This document shows positions 51,243-60,638 of a stretch of DNA of 64,000 nt, one piece after another. A program made the position numbers and the translations under genes. The notes below the pieces were generated by a model. The model was not told the origin of the DNA and ran no database searches. It saw nothing but the letters and a program-made list of their open reading frames with translations. Within the stretch, counting starts at the first letter, position 1. Every line of letters starts with the position of its first letter. Source of the stretch: Alphaproteobacteria bacterium (GTDB lineage Bacteria; Pseudomonadota; Alphaproteobacteria; UBA2966). Location of the stretch: NCBI GenBank assembly GCA_964291395.2, contig OZ219858.1, forward strand, positions 992,001 to 1,056,000. The letters are read 5' to 3'.

Positions 51243-51286
51243 GCCGTGCCGGGTTCACCGAAACGCCTTTCACGGGAGTCGCCGCG

Positions 51287-52183
51287 ATGACGAACAAGCT
51301 GGGATTCATTGGCCTCGGTAGTATGGGAATGCCGATGGCGCGGCATCTGATGAAGGCCGGGCACGACGTCGTCGTTTACGATTTGAATCGAGAAGCGATG
51401 AAAGAGGCGGAGCGAGGCGGTGGAGAGGCGGTAACGTCACCGATGGACGTAGGGTCGCGCGCGGAAATCGTGTTCGCGTGCGTGAACACGCCCCGAGCCC
51501 TGTTCGATATCGTGCTCGGCGAAGACGGCGCATGTCATGGGGACCGACTGCGCGTCTTCGTCGATCTTTCGACCACGGGTCCGCCCACGGAACGGGAAGT
51601 CGCGGCCGGACTCGAAGGAACGGGCATCACGCTCGTGGACTCGCCGATCAGCGGCGGCAGGCGCGGCGCGATCGCCGGGACCCTGGCCGTCATGATGGCA
51701 GGTCAGGATGCGGCATGCGACGAGATTGAGCCGCTCGTCGGAACGTTCGCCAGGAACATCTTCCGTATCGGCGATACGCCCGGGCAAGCGCAAACCATGA
51801 AGGTCGCCAATACCTTGATGTCGAGCACTGCGTCCGCCGTTACCGCCGAGGTTCTGGTTATGGGCGTCAAAGCGGGGCTCGATCCGAATCTGATGATCGA
51901 CGTGTTCAACACGAGCACGGCCCGCAATTCCGCGACCCTGGAGAAGTTCCCCGACGCCGTGTTGACTCGAACCTTCGATTTGGGATCGATGCACGCCATC
52001 GTGCTGAAGGATCTCAATTTATACCTGGAGGCTGCCAAAGACGTTGACGCCCCGCTCATGCTGGGTCCTGCGGTCGTCGACATGTGGGAGAAGAGCATGG
52101 CCGCCAACGGTGAGAGGTCGGACAACTCGACCATCGTGAAGTTCATCGAGTCGCAGGGCGGCGTCATCGTCGGCTCGGAATAG
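51287..52183 (+). CDS. NAD(P)-dependent beta-hydroxyacid dehydrogenase (3-hydroxyisobutyrate DH family)
   Basis: GFIGLGSMG, DSPISGG, MKVAN. Confidence 0.92.
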   Translation: MTNKLGFIGLGSMGMPMARHLMKAGHDVVVYDLNREAMKEAERGGGEAVTSPMDVGSRAEIVFACVNTPRALFDIVLGEDGACHGDRLRVFVDLSTTGPPTEREVAAGLEGTGITLVDSPISGGRRGAIAGTLAVMMAGQDAACDEIEPLVGTFARNIFRIGDTPGQAQTMKVANTLMSSTASAVTAEVLVMGVKAGLDPNLMIDVFNTSTARNSATLEKFPDAVLTRTFDLGSMHAIVLKDLNLYLEAAKDVDAPLMLGPAVVDMWEKSMAANGERSDNSTIVKFIESQGGVIVGSE

Positions 52184-52265
52184 AGCACCGATATCCCTGT
52201 CGCCGTGAGCGATGAGGAGTGTCAGAGCGGTTTCAGTCGAACGGGAACCGCTCTAGCGTTTACCG

Positions 52266-53012
52266 ATGAGTTTCCCCTGGGACGACCTGTACACGATCGA
52301 AACGCTTATTGCGCTTATCGTTGCCGTTGTTGCCGGCGTCTCCCGCGGATTCACTGGCTTTGGTTCGTCGCTGATCATGGCCCCCATCTATGCCGTGATG
52401 TACGGGCCGGTCGTGACGGTGGGAACGGTTCTGGCCCTCGAAGTGGCGGTCTCCGTCGACTCCGTGACACGCGTGGCCCGTATCATTCCGTGGCGGACGA
52501 TGATCCCCGTTTGGATAGCGGCGTGGATCGCGGTTCCGTTCGGGACGTGGGTGCTCCTGATCGCCGACGCGGATGTCATGCGCCGGGCTATCTCGTTGAT
52601 CGTGGCTCTTCTCGCGATTCTGCTGATGGCAGGCTGGCGCTACCCCGGCCCTCACCGCCTGATTCCGAACCTCTGTGTCGGAACGCTGAGCGGCATCTTG
52701 AATTCATCGACCAGCCTCGGCGGGCCACCCCTCATTTTCTATATGCTGATGGGACCCGGCTCGACGGCCGCCGCCCGCGCTGCTTTGATCGCCAACGTCT
52801 TCGTAGTCAGCGTTCCAACCGTCGTCATACTGCTGTGGAACGGGACGCTGGACGCACTCGCGTTGTGGCGAACCGCGATCGTGTTTCCCTTCTTCCTGGT
52901 CGCGACCCAGATCGGCAACCGCATTTTTCACGCGTCGCGGGAAAAGACCTATCGCCGCGCCTCGGCGTGGCTCTTGCTCATCGTCGCGGTCGGTACCTTC
53001 GTCGCGGAATGA
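52266..53012 (+). CDS. TauE/SafE sulfite exporter family protein
   Basis: GVSRGFTGFGS, LGGPP; multi-TM. Confidence 0.87.
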   Translation: MSFPWDDLYTIETLIALIVAVVAGVSRGFTGFGSSLIMAPIYAVMYGPVVTVGTVLALEVAVSVDSVTRVARIIPWRTMIPVWIAAWIAVPFGTWVLLIADADVMRRAISLIVALLAILLMAGWRYPGPHRLIPNLCVGTLSGILNSSTSLGGPPLIFYMLMGPGSTAAARAALIANVFVVSVPTVVILLWNGTLDALALWRTAIVFPFFLVATQIGNRIFHASREKTYRRASAWLLLIVAVGTFVAE

Positions 53013-53116
53013 GTAGCGGCCGCGACGCGTCCGGTCCGGTCGGTTGAATTCCGTCGATGTTGTCGACATCATCGAGGAGAACGGCGTATCCGCCGTATCG
53101 CTCAAGGAACTCCGGG

Positions 53117-54682
53117 ATGGTGTCGCCAAGCAGGAGCAATTCGACGAGCCGACCCAGCCGGGCGGCGAAAATCCGTGCAGGCCTTGACCATCCGGTGGTC
53201 GACGCGGATGGGCACATGCTGGAATATGCCCCGGTCTTTCTCGACTTCCTCAAGCAGGTGGCGGGAGCGGATACGGTCAAGCGTTACGCGGCGAACTCCA
53301 AGAGGTCGCGGGCCAATCTCTGGCACACGATGTCGAGGCGCCAAGTTCGGGATTACCGGATCGGGCGGCCGCCGTTTTGGGCCGTCGCCGCCGCCCACAC
53401 GCTCGATCGGGCGACGTCCATGCTGCCCGGCTTGCTGCGCGACAGGCTCGACGAACTCGGATTCGACTACACCATCGTGTATCCGACGTTCGGATTCTTC
53501 TTGATCGATGAACCGGACGAAGAACTGCGCCGGGCGTGTTGCCGGGCTCACAACACCATGACCGCCGATATGTTCGGCCCGCACGCCGATCGCATGACTC
53601 CGGCGGCCTGCATCCCAACGGGCACGCCGGTGGAGGCCGTCGAGGAACTCGAGCATGCCGTAAAGACACTCGATCTCAAGGTTGCGATGGTGGCCAGCCT
53701 GTTTCATCGGCCGATCAAGGCGGCTCCTCACGTCGAAGACGACCCGCGTCTGCAGGCGTACTGGATCGACAACCTCGCCGTCGACAGCGAGTACGATTAC
53801 GACCCTTTCTGGGCGAAATGCGTTGAACTCGGCATTGCGCCGACCGCTCATTCTCACCTCCAGGGACACGGACACCGCCGTTCGGTGAACAACTATCTTT
53901 ACAATCAGATCGGCCACTTCGCGGATGCCGGTGAAGCGTCCGCCAAGGCGGTGTTCCTTGGCGGTGTGACCCGGCGATTCCCCGAGCTCAATTTCGCATT
54001 TCTCGAAGGCGGAGCGGTCTGGGCGTGCGGCCTGTATGCCACGCTGGTCAGCGCATGGAGAAAACGGGGGGCGCACGCCATCGGCCAGTTCGATCCTTCC
54101 AGGATCGACTTCGACGAACTCGGCGAGTATTTCGACAAGTACGGCGGGGAGTCGTTCTCGCGTGCGCTCGGTGGGCGGGTCACCAACGAAACCAAGCGGC
54201 TCGGGTATGTCAACGTGTCCTCCGACGGCACGACCAGCAAGGCCGATCTGGACCGTCTGGATGATTTTGCGGCCTGTCAGATCGAAAAGGCCGAGGACAT
54301 CATCGATCTTTTCGTCGAGCCGTTCTACTTCGGCTGCGAGGCGGACGATCCCATGGCCGCGGTCGCCTTCCGCGGCAAGGGACTCCCGTTCGATGTCAAG
54401 CTGAAAGCCGTGTTCGGTTCGGACATCGGCCACTGGGACGTGCCCGAAATGCGGGAGGTGCTGGAAGAAGCCTTCGAACTGGTAGAGGACGGGCTCATGG
54501 AAGAGGACGATTTCCGAGATTTCATGTTCACCAATCCCGTCACGCTGCACGCACGGGGCAATCCCAGCTTCTTCAAGGGTACCATCGTCGAGGACGCGGT
54601 GGACAAGCTATTGATCGAGGAGGCCGGCAAAACCGGGAAGAGACGGTCCAAGGGAAAGAAAGCGATCGCGCAGTCCGCGTGA
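53117..54682 (+). CDS. Amidohydrolase family protein
   Basis: VVDADGH, FAFLEGG..W, FGSDIGHWD. Confidence 0.88.
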   Translation: MVSPSRSNSTSRPSRAAKIRAGLDHPVVDADGHMLEYAPVFLDFLKQVAGADTVKRYAANSKRSRANLWHTMSRRQVRDYRIGRPPFWAVAAAHTLDRATSMLPGLLRDRLDELGFDYTIVYPTFGFFLIDEPDEELRRACCRAHNTMTADMFGPHADRMTPAACIPTGTPVEAVEELEHAVKTLDLKVAMVASLFHRPIKAAPHVEDDPRLQAYWIDNLAVDSEYDYDPFWAKCVELGIAPTAHSHLQGHGHRRSVNNYLYNQIGHFADAGEASAKAVFLGGVTRRFPELNFAFLEGGAVWACGLYATLVSAWRKRGAHAIGQFDPSRIDFDELGEYFDKYGGESFSRALGGRVTNETKRLGYVNVSSDGTTSKADLDRLDDFAACQIEKAEDIIDLFVEPFYFGCEADDPMAAVAFRGKGLPFDVKLKAVFGSDIGHWDVPEMREVLEEAFELVEDGLMEEDDFRDFMFTNPVTLHARGNPSFFKGTIVEDAVDKLLIEEAGKTGKRRSKGKKAIAQSA

Positions 54683-54733
54683 CGGCATTCCCGGTGACGT
54701 CGCTTCACAAGCAACAAACCAGGGAGGAGAGAC

Positions 54734-55366
54734 ATGGCCGCCAATCTGAACGTCAGCATGGAAGCCTGGAACGACGGCGAGCCCATCCCGGAAGAGTACG
54801 CATTTTGCGTGCCTGCCGACGAAGGCCACGTCACCATGGGCGCCAACCTGAGCCCGGCGATGCGCTGGTCGGGCGCACCCGACGATACCAAGTCGTACGC
54901 CATCATCTGCAACGATCCTGACGTTCCCTCCGTCGCCGACGACGTCAATCAGGAGGGCAAGATCATCCCGGCCGACTTGCCTCGGGTCGATTTCTGCCAT
55001 TGGGTGCTTGTCGACGTGCCCGCCGACGTCACGTCGCTGGACAAAGGTGCGGAGTCCGGGGGCGTCGCGCCCGGGGGTAAACCCCACGGGCCAACGGACC
55101 ATGGCGTTCGCGGAATCAACCGCTACACGGAATGGTTCGAGGGCGACGAGCAGATGGCGGGTAGCTACGGGGGGTACGACGGTCCCTGCCCGCCCTGGAA
55201 CGACACCATCCTGCACCACTACGTCTTCACGGTGTATGCCCTTGATGTCGAAAGCCTCGGCTTGAGTGGGACCTTTAGCTGCAAGGAGGCACTCGAGGCG
55301 ATGGAAGGGCATGTCCTGGCGGAAGGGTCCTGTACCGGGACTTACACCCTCAATCCCGATTTGTGA
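54734..55366 (+). CDS. YbhB/YbcL (PEBP, Raf kinase inhibitor-like) protein
   Basis: DPDVP, HWVLVD, YDGPCPP, HHYVFTVYALD. Confidence 0.93.
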   Translation: MAANLNVSMEAWNDGEPIPEEYAFCVPADEGHVTMGANLSPAMRWSGAPDDTKSYAIICNDPDVPSVADDVNQEGKIIPADLPRVDFCHWVLVDVPADVTSLDKGAESGGVAPGGKPHGPTDHGVRGINRYTEWFEGDEQMAGSYGGYDGPCPPWNDTILHHYVFTVYALDVESLGLSGTFSCKEALEAMEGHVLAEGSCTGTYTLNPDL

Positions 55367-55445
55367 TAGCCGTCGAACGGATTGCGTCCGTTAACTGCCA
55401 TGAAGGCCGCGACGTGGTTCGCCGCTGACCGCTGGAATAGTCGTC

Positions 55446-56300
55446 TCAGGCGGCGATGATCGCGGCTCCGGTCACTTGGGTCCGGTGCATCGTGCGGCGT
55501 GAGTCCGCGGGAAACGCGTTTCGACGGTGCATGACACAGCGATTGTCCCAAATGATCAGGTCACCCGTCCGCCACTCATGGGTCCACACGTACTTCCGTT
55601 GGGTGGCATGTGCCCAAAGCGCATCGAGGAGCTTCTCGCTTTCCTCCGCGTCCATGCCAACGATGTATTGCTTGGGGCGGCGCCCCAAATAGAGAACCGG
55701 CCGGTCAGTGTCGGGATGACGGCGCATCAGCGGATGGCGCGCGTGCGGTGACTCTGTTCGCACCCCCGCCACCTCCACCGAACGTTGCGGGGCGCCGGCG
55801 CTGTCATAGGTGCCATCCTGGTGCGCCGATTTGCCTGCGATCGCCGACCGCAAATGCTCGGGCAGCTCCGACGTCGCCGAGTACATATTGCAGAATTCGG
55901 TCTCGCCGCCCTCTGACGACACTTCCAGGGCATGGAGAATGCTGGCCTTGGGTGGCACGGGGTGGTTGGACATGTCCGTATGCCAGCGCAGCTCTCCGTC
56001 GCCCAGGCTACCCATCGGCTCGCCGTCGACGATGACGTTGGAAACGATGATGAGTTCCGGATGTTCCGCCGAGTACTGCTTTCCCGTCGCATTGGGGGGA
56101 CAAAGATCCAAGTCGCCGAAGTAACGGCTGAAACTGATCAGTTCCGGGTCGGAGATGAACTGGTTGCGGAAAAGCAAGACCAGGTGTTCGGACCAGGCGT
56201 CCATGATTGTCCCGGCGTCCGCCGGGTCGAGCGCTTGAGAGAGATCCGCGCCGCGAATCTCGGCTCCCAGTGCCTTGCCGGTGGGAATCACTTCGATCAT
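55446..56300 (-). CDS. TauD/TfdA family 2-oxoglutarate dioxygenase
   Basis: WHTD, GGETEF, WDNRCVMHR. Confidence 0.93.
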   Translation of the reverse strand: MIEVIPTGKALGAEIRGADLSQALDPADAGTIMDAWSEHLVLLFRNQFISDPELISFSRYFGDLDLCPPNATGKQYSAEHPELIIVSNVIVDGEPMGSLGDGELRWHTDMSNHPVPPKASILHALEVSSEGGETEFCNMYSATSELPEHLRSAIAGKSAHQDGTYDSAGAPQRSVEVAGVRTESPHARHPLMRRHPDTDRPVLYLGRRPKQYIVGMDAEESEKLLDALWAHATQRKYVWTHEWRTGDLIIWDNRCVMHRRNAFPADSRRTMHRTQVTGAAIIAA

Positions 56301-56415
56301 GACCTTGTCCTTTGACGACTACGATGGTCGGTGCGCAACGCCGGCTGCCGAGCATACGATTTTTCCAGATCTGACGGCCCGGTTAAAGGGGCCAAAGACG
56401 AAACGAGTTGTGCGC

Positions 56416-57948
56416 TCACTGGCCTACGCTTCGCGCAACGCGGAACCCGAAATTGTAATTGCGGTACTCCAGGATGTACCGGGCTCGCTTGGCGGATCGG
56501 ACATTCTTCGGATGGCTCCCCCAGGCACCGCCTCGCATCACGCGGCGCCCGCAGTTTCCGCTCAACCAGGGCGAACCGTCCCGGGGCGCGCCCCGATAGC
56601 TGTCGTTCCAGCAGTCTTCGACCCATTCCCAGACGTTTCCATGAACGTCGTGCAAACCGAATTCATTTGGTGCAAAGCTGCCGACGGGAAGCGTTCGCTT
56701 GCGGTACACGCCTCTCTCGCCTTCCCCATATGACGACGTCCCGTTGTAGTTCGCTTGGTCCGACGTGATTGTCTGGCCCACGTGGAATGGTGACCGCGTG
56801 CCCGCCCGGGCCGCGTATTCCCATTCCGCTTCGCTCGGCAGCCGATAGATCTGGCCGGTCTTCTCGCTAAGCCAAGCGGCGTACGCCTTCGCCGTGTTCC
56901 AGCTGATGCAGACGACGGGATCGTTCTCGCCCTGCGGATACCCGGGATCGCGCCAGCTCTTCGACGTGTCCAAGCGGCCGCCCGAGCCGACCCGCACGAA
57001 GCAGGAGCCTCCCCCTGCGTGTCCCGTTTCTTCGACGAAGGATGTGAATTCTCCTCGCGTCACCTCGAATCTGCCCATGGCGAACGAGGCCACCATGACT
57101 TCGTGCTTCGGTCCCTCCACGTCGTCCCGAAACGGCTCGTCCGGCGGCGAACCCATGACGAATGCGCCGCCCGGCACCACCACCATCTCCGGGCACACGT
57201 CGCAGTCTCTGAATGTCGTGCCGGGTGGCAGATCCGGCAACAGCAGCAGGAAGGTCCCGAGAGCGGCGAATACCAGGAGCGATATGCCCATCGCCACCAG
57301 CCGCCACCTCGGGAGACGGACAGGTCCCGTCGCCAGGGGGACAAGATCCCCCGTGCCTTGAAGCGCGCCGGTGGCCGGGGCGGTCACGGGTTCGAGCCCC
57401 ACGTGACGCAGGACTTCGTCGGCGTTGCGCACGCCCAGGATCCCTTCAACGCCGGCTATGCCGTGATCGGCGACGTCCTCCAGATTCGCTGCGGGAACGA
57501 CCAGCGTGACGGGAGATTTCTCCGCGACGCGGCCGGAAAAATGCTCGCGCGTCGCGTGAAGCTTCTCTCTCATGAAATCCGCTTTTCCCACCCGCAGATC
57601 AACGTCGACGGTTCCGGTGATCCACAGGGTTGCGCCTGCGTCCTCACCGGGTCCCGCAAGGCGACCCGCCCTATCCAACGCGTGCGCGACCAATACGGGC
57701 AGCTGCCAGGAATTGCCGTCGCCGATTTCGCCCGAGGCGTCCAACCGGAAGCCACCGGGCTCGAACGGGCCCAGGACCCGCTCGATCACACCCGAGGGTT
57801 GGCGAACGAAATCATCGTAATCGGAGCTGATGGGCAGAACCGATGTCGTCCGGCCCAGGCAAACCTGCGAAATGGGCGCCGCCTCGCGCGTGATCCGCTC
57901 GATCTGAACGGGCTCTTTCGTGGTTGCGGCGAAGACGTGAACCTTCAT
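56416..57948 (-). CDS. Lon-like (S16) protease domain + TM helix + formylglycine-generating-enzyme (SUMF1/C-lectin fold) domain
   Basis: FGE motifs RLPSEAEWEYAARAG, GNVWEW, GFRVAR are clear; N-domain has DGNS, ITG.V, REK, VVPAAN; hydrophobic segment at about aa 217-237. Confidence 0.8.
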   Translation of the reverse strand: MKVHVFAATTKEPVQIERITREAAPISQVCLGRTTSVLPISSDYDDFVRQPSGVIERVLGPFEPGGFRLDASGEIGDGNSWQLPVLVAHALDRAGRLAGPGEDAGATLWITGTVDVDLRVGKADFMREKLHATREHFSGRVAEKSPVTLVVPAANLEDVADHGIAGVEGILGVRNADEVLRHVGLEPVTAPATGALQGTGDLVPLATGPVRLPRWRLVAMGISLLVFAALGTFLLLLPDLPPGTTFRDCDVCPEMVVVPGGAFVMGSPPDEPFRDDVEGPKHEVMVASFAMGRFEVTRGEFTSFVEETGHAGGGSCFVRVGSGGRLDTSKSWRDPGYPQGENDPVVCISWNTAKAYAAWLSEKTGQIYRLPSEAEWEYAARAGTRSPFHVGQTITSDQANYNGTSSYGEGERGVYRKRTLPVGSFAPNEFGLHDVHGNVWEWVEDCWNDSYRGAPRDGSPWLSGNCGRRVMRGGAWGSHPKNVRSAKRARYILEYRNYNFGFRVARSVGQ

Positions 57949-58496
57949 CCGTCGATGAATATCTCGCTTCCGGGATCACGAAGCGCCGCCAGCACTTCCG
58001 AATCGTTTTCGACGAGAATTTGGATCAATCCGGCGTGGGGTTCCGGCAGCGCAACCCGTCGGCACGTATTGTCGCCGACGAACACCGCCAGCCATCTCGG
58101 ATGACGGCCCGGATCATCCAAGGAGATGATGATGTACGTCTGCGCCGGCTCGGCGCGTGATTCTTCAAAACGAATGCGGCAGCCGGGGGCCACGCGTTGC
58201 GCGACGCCTCCCGCGGCTGCGGCGGCGAGTTCGGGGATATGATAGCAGGCAATCTTTTCGGTGAGGCGCCGCAATTCGGCGCGAAGTGCGGAACTTTCCC
58301 GAAGTGCGGTCTCGAGGTTCGGGTCTCTTGGGCGCGCCTCGGTAACGTAAACGTAGAGACGCCGCAGCGTGACGTGCTCACCGAACTCCATTCCATCGAT
58401 CGAGACGCCCAGCGCCGCTTCCGTCGCAAGCACGTCGAATGTCCGCTCGGCAACCGCAAGAGTGTCATCGTCGGGTAGCTCAAACCGTTCGCTCAT
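57945..58496 (-). CDS. Hypothetical protein, anti-sigma-factor-like
   Basis: ATGA overlaps with both neighbours; LYVYV...LETALRESSALRAELRRL pattern; central LAAAAA. The gene is well supported, the function is inferred. Confidence 0.6.
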   Translation of the reverse strand: MSERFELPDDDTLAVAERTFDVLATEAALGVSIDGMEFGEHVTLRRLYVYVTEARPRDPNLETALRESSALRAELRRLTEKIACYHIPELAAAAAGGVAQRVAPGCRIRFEESRAEPAQTYIIISLDDPGRHPRWLAVFVGDNTCRRVALPEPHAGLIQILVENDSEVLAALRDPGSEIFIDG

Positions 58497-60004
58497 CGTT
58501 CGACCCCATAGATACGAGCAAACTGTTTGCTGAACACGTCATGATCGTATGCGAACTGATCGTCGAGATCAGTCCCTTCCTCCACCGATTGTTTCAATAC
58601 CCGCAGAAATGCATGGATTTGATCGCTAATCGCCGCCAGTGCTCCGGCACCGACTTCGTACACGACACCCGATCCGCGTTCACCCACGACCGCGTCCTCG
58701 AAGCCCCTGCGCGAGATTCCCGCAAAGGCCCGTTTCGCTACATCCCGCGCCTCCTCGAGCCGCTCGTCTTCGGACGCTCGTTCCGCAGCGTCATCCGCCT
58801 GGAGAGCCACGTGGAGCGCTGCCCGCAATGCGTTGTTCACGCGCTCGTCCAGCACGACGAGCCGGTCATGCCATTCCCGGTACGTCTCGGCGCCGGCGCA
58901 GGCGATGAGCTCGCTCAAGGTGTCGCCAGTATCCCGCCGCCTTGCAGCTTGTGAAAGCCGGGCCTGTACATCCCCGAAGACTTCGGCACGCAACAGAGAC
59001 CAGGGCAGCCGATGCACGCGCGGTCCGTGCTCCATCAGACGATCCAGAGCCGTCAGGTCCACCTTGTTCAGGAACCGAACGTTCTCGAAGGGCGGCTCTT
59101 GCAACGTCGAAAGCGGGGAGGTCCACAAGGCGGCTGCTTCCGCGTCATCCAGAAGTAGAGCAACGTCGACCTCACCCGCATCCCGATCGGAGCCGATTGA
59201 ACGGGCGCGTTCGACGGCCTCGCGGTCCGTCGCGATCTCGAGGGCCGAGAGGAAAGCCATGTAGGCGTCGAACACGCTCCGAAACAGACGGAAGTTTCCG
59301 GTTTCGCCGTTCAGAGATTTCTCCCGCCAGAACGCCAGGACGGTGGCGTCCTCGACGACCAGCGTTTTCGACTCCGACCTCGCGTAATCGAGCAGCTCCT
59401 GAAACTTGCCCTGCATCTGAACGCTTGGAAGGTGTTCCTTCAGGTACGCATACAGGCGCCGTTCGATTCCATTCGCTGCGCTCCGGACGCCGCGGTCCGT
59501 CATGGGTGGTTCCAGCATGGTGTGGAACTCATCGTCGACAGCGGCGTAACCGATGGTGCCGCAGAGAAATTCGAACAAGGCGGCGAGAACCGGCATTCCG
59601 GCAAATCCCACGTTGAAGACACCGTCGTCGTAGCGCACGGCAACGCCGTCTGCCGTCAGTTCGCATCCGGGACGCCGCCAACCCCGATTAGTCACGGCGT
59701 TCTGGATCCAGCCTCGGAATCCGGAACCGGTAGCACGTTCCGGTCCCAGCAACAAATGCTCGTAGGCGCCGCGGCGGGGCGCGCACGAGTCGGCCACGTT
59801 GATCAGGTGGCAAAGCTGCAGGACGGGTACCGCATAGGCGCGGCAGACGACGAGCCGGTTGAGACGACGGCACACCTTGGTGGGATAGTGGGCCGCACCG
59901 TCCGGGGTGGTGGAGTCCGCCACCGCTTGGAGGGCGGCTCGCAGCTCGCCACTCTGTCCCGCCTCCAGGACGAGGCTTGCCGCGCGTTCTATTTCGAGCG
60001 ACAT
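58493..60004 (-). CDS. Hypothetical protein (~503 aa), possibly a divergent sigma-factor-like protein
   Basis: Long ORF with AGGAGG RBS 7 nt before ATG 60004; function speculative. Confidence 0.6.
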   Translation of the reverse strand: MSLEIERAASLVLEAGQSGELRAALQAVADSTTPDGAAHYPTKVCRRLNRLVVCRAYAVPVLQLCHLINVADSCAPRRGAYEHLLLGPERATGSGFRGWIQNAVTNRGWRRPGCELTADGVAVRYDDGVFNVGFAGMPVLAALFEFLCGTIGYAAVDDEFHTMLEPPMTDRGVRSAANGIERRLYAYLKEHLPSVQMQGKFQELLDYARSESKTLVVEDATVLAFWREKSLNGETGNFRLFRSVFDAYMAFLSALEIATDREAVERARSIGSDRDAGEVDVALLLDDAEAAALWTSPLSTLQEPPFENVRFLNKVDLTALDRLMEHGPRVHRLPWSLLRAEVFGDVQARLSQAARRRDTGDTLSELIACAGAETYREWHDRLVVLDERVNNALRAALHVALQADDAAERASEDERLEEARDVAKRAFAGISRRGFEDAVVGERGSGVVYEVGAGALAAISDQIHAFLRVLKQSVEEGTDLDDQFAYDHDVFSKQFARIYGVER

Positions 60005-60245
60005 GTTCACGCCTCCTGCATGGTCAGATCACGTTCAACGCCGGTGGAATTCCTCCTGCCTGCTTTAGTCGGAGGCCGGCCTTCTTGGCAACAGCGGCAT
60101 CGAACTCACGGCCATGGGCCTGGGCGACGCCCCGCTCGGTGACATCCTGGCGCGCGTGGCGCGACTGCCGTGGGTGGGCTAATTTTCGCCATCGGGTGAC
60201 GGATCCGTACCCAATTCAAGCCCGAAAACATCGGAGGGAGCATCT

Positions 60246-60494
60246 ATGTCGTTCTACAAACCGGACCTTGGCGCAAATCCGGACGATCCCTTTGCCCGCG
60301 ATGCCGATGGAAAGCTGGTCAGGCGAGCGTTTTGGCTCGATATGAGCGACCGCTCTCTGGTGCTCGCCATGACCCGGGGAGTTGGCGCCCCTTTGACCGC
60401 GTCGGAAAAACGCGCTCATCTCGAGGACGTCGACCGTTCCCACTTGATCGATGAGGTCTGTACACAGGAAATCCTGCCACCCGAGGGGGAATGA
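60246..60494 (+). CDS. Small hypothetical protein (82 aa)
   Basis: GGAGGGAG RBS, natural-looking sequence; divergent from the 3-gene operon. Confidence 0.65.
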   Translation: MSFYKPDLGANPDDPFARDADGKLVRRAFWLDMSDRSLVLAMTRGVGAPLTASEKRAHLEDVDRSHLIDEVCTQEILPPEGE

Positions 60495-60638
60495 CCCCCG
60501 ATCGTGCACGGCAGAGCTGGGCCTGCGGTCGTTGCCGACTGCCGAGGGTTTGTGGACAATGGTGTCGGTGCGGGCTAGAAGGGTGTCGCTGTTTCGGGGT
60601 GTCCGGGATGGTTGAGAGGATTTTGGAGGGGTGGAGCG

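Noticed and set aside
56416-56560. FGE/C-lectin C-terminus as a diversity-generating retroelement variable region
   Set aside because: No template repeat or reverse transcriptase seen in the window; a remote DGR cannot be excluded
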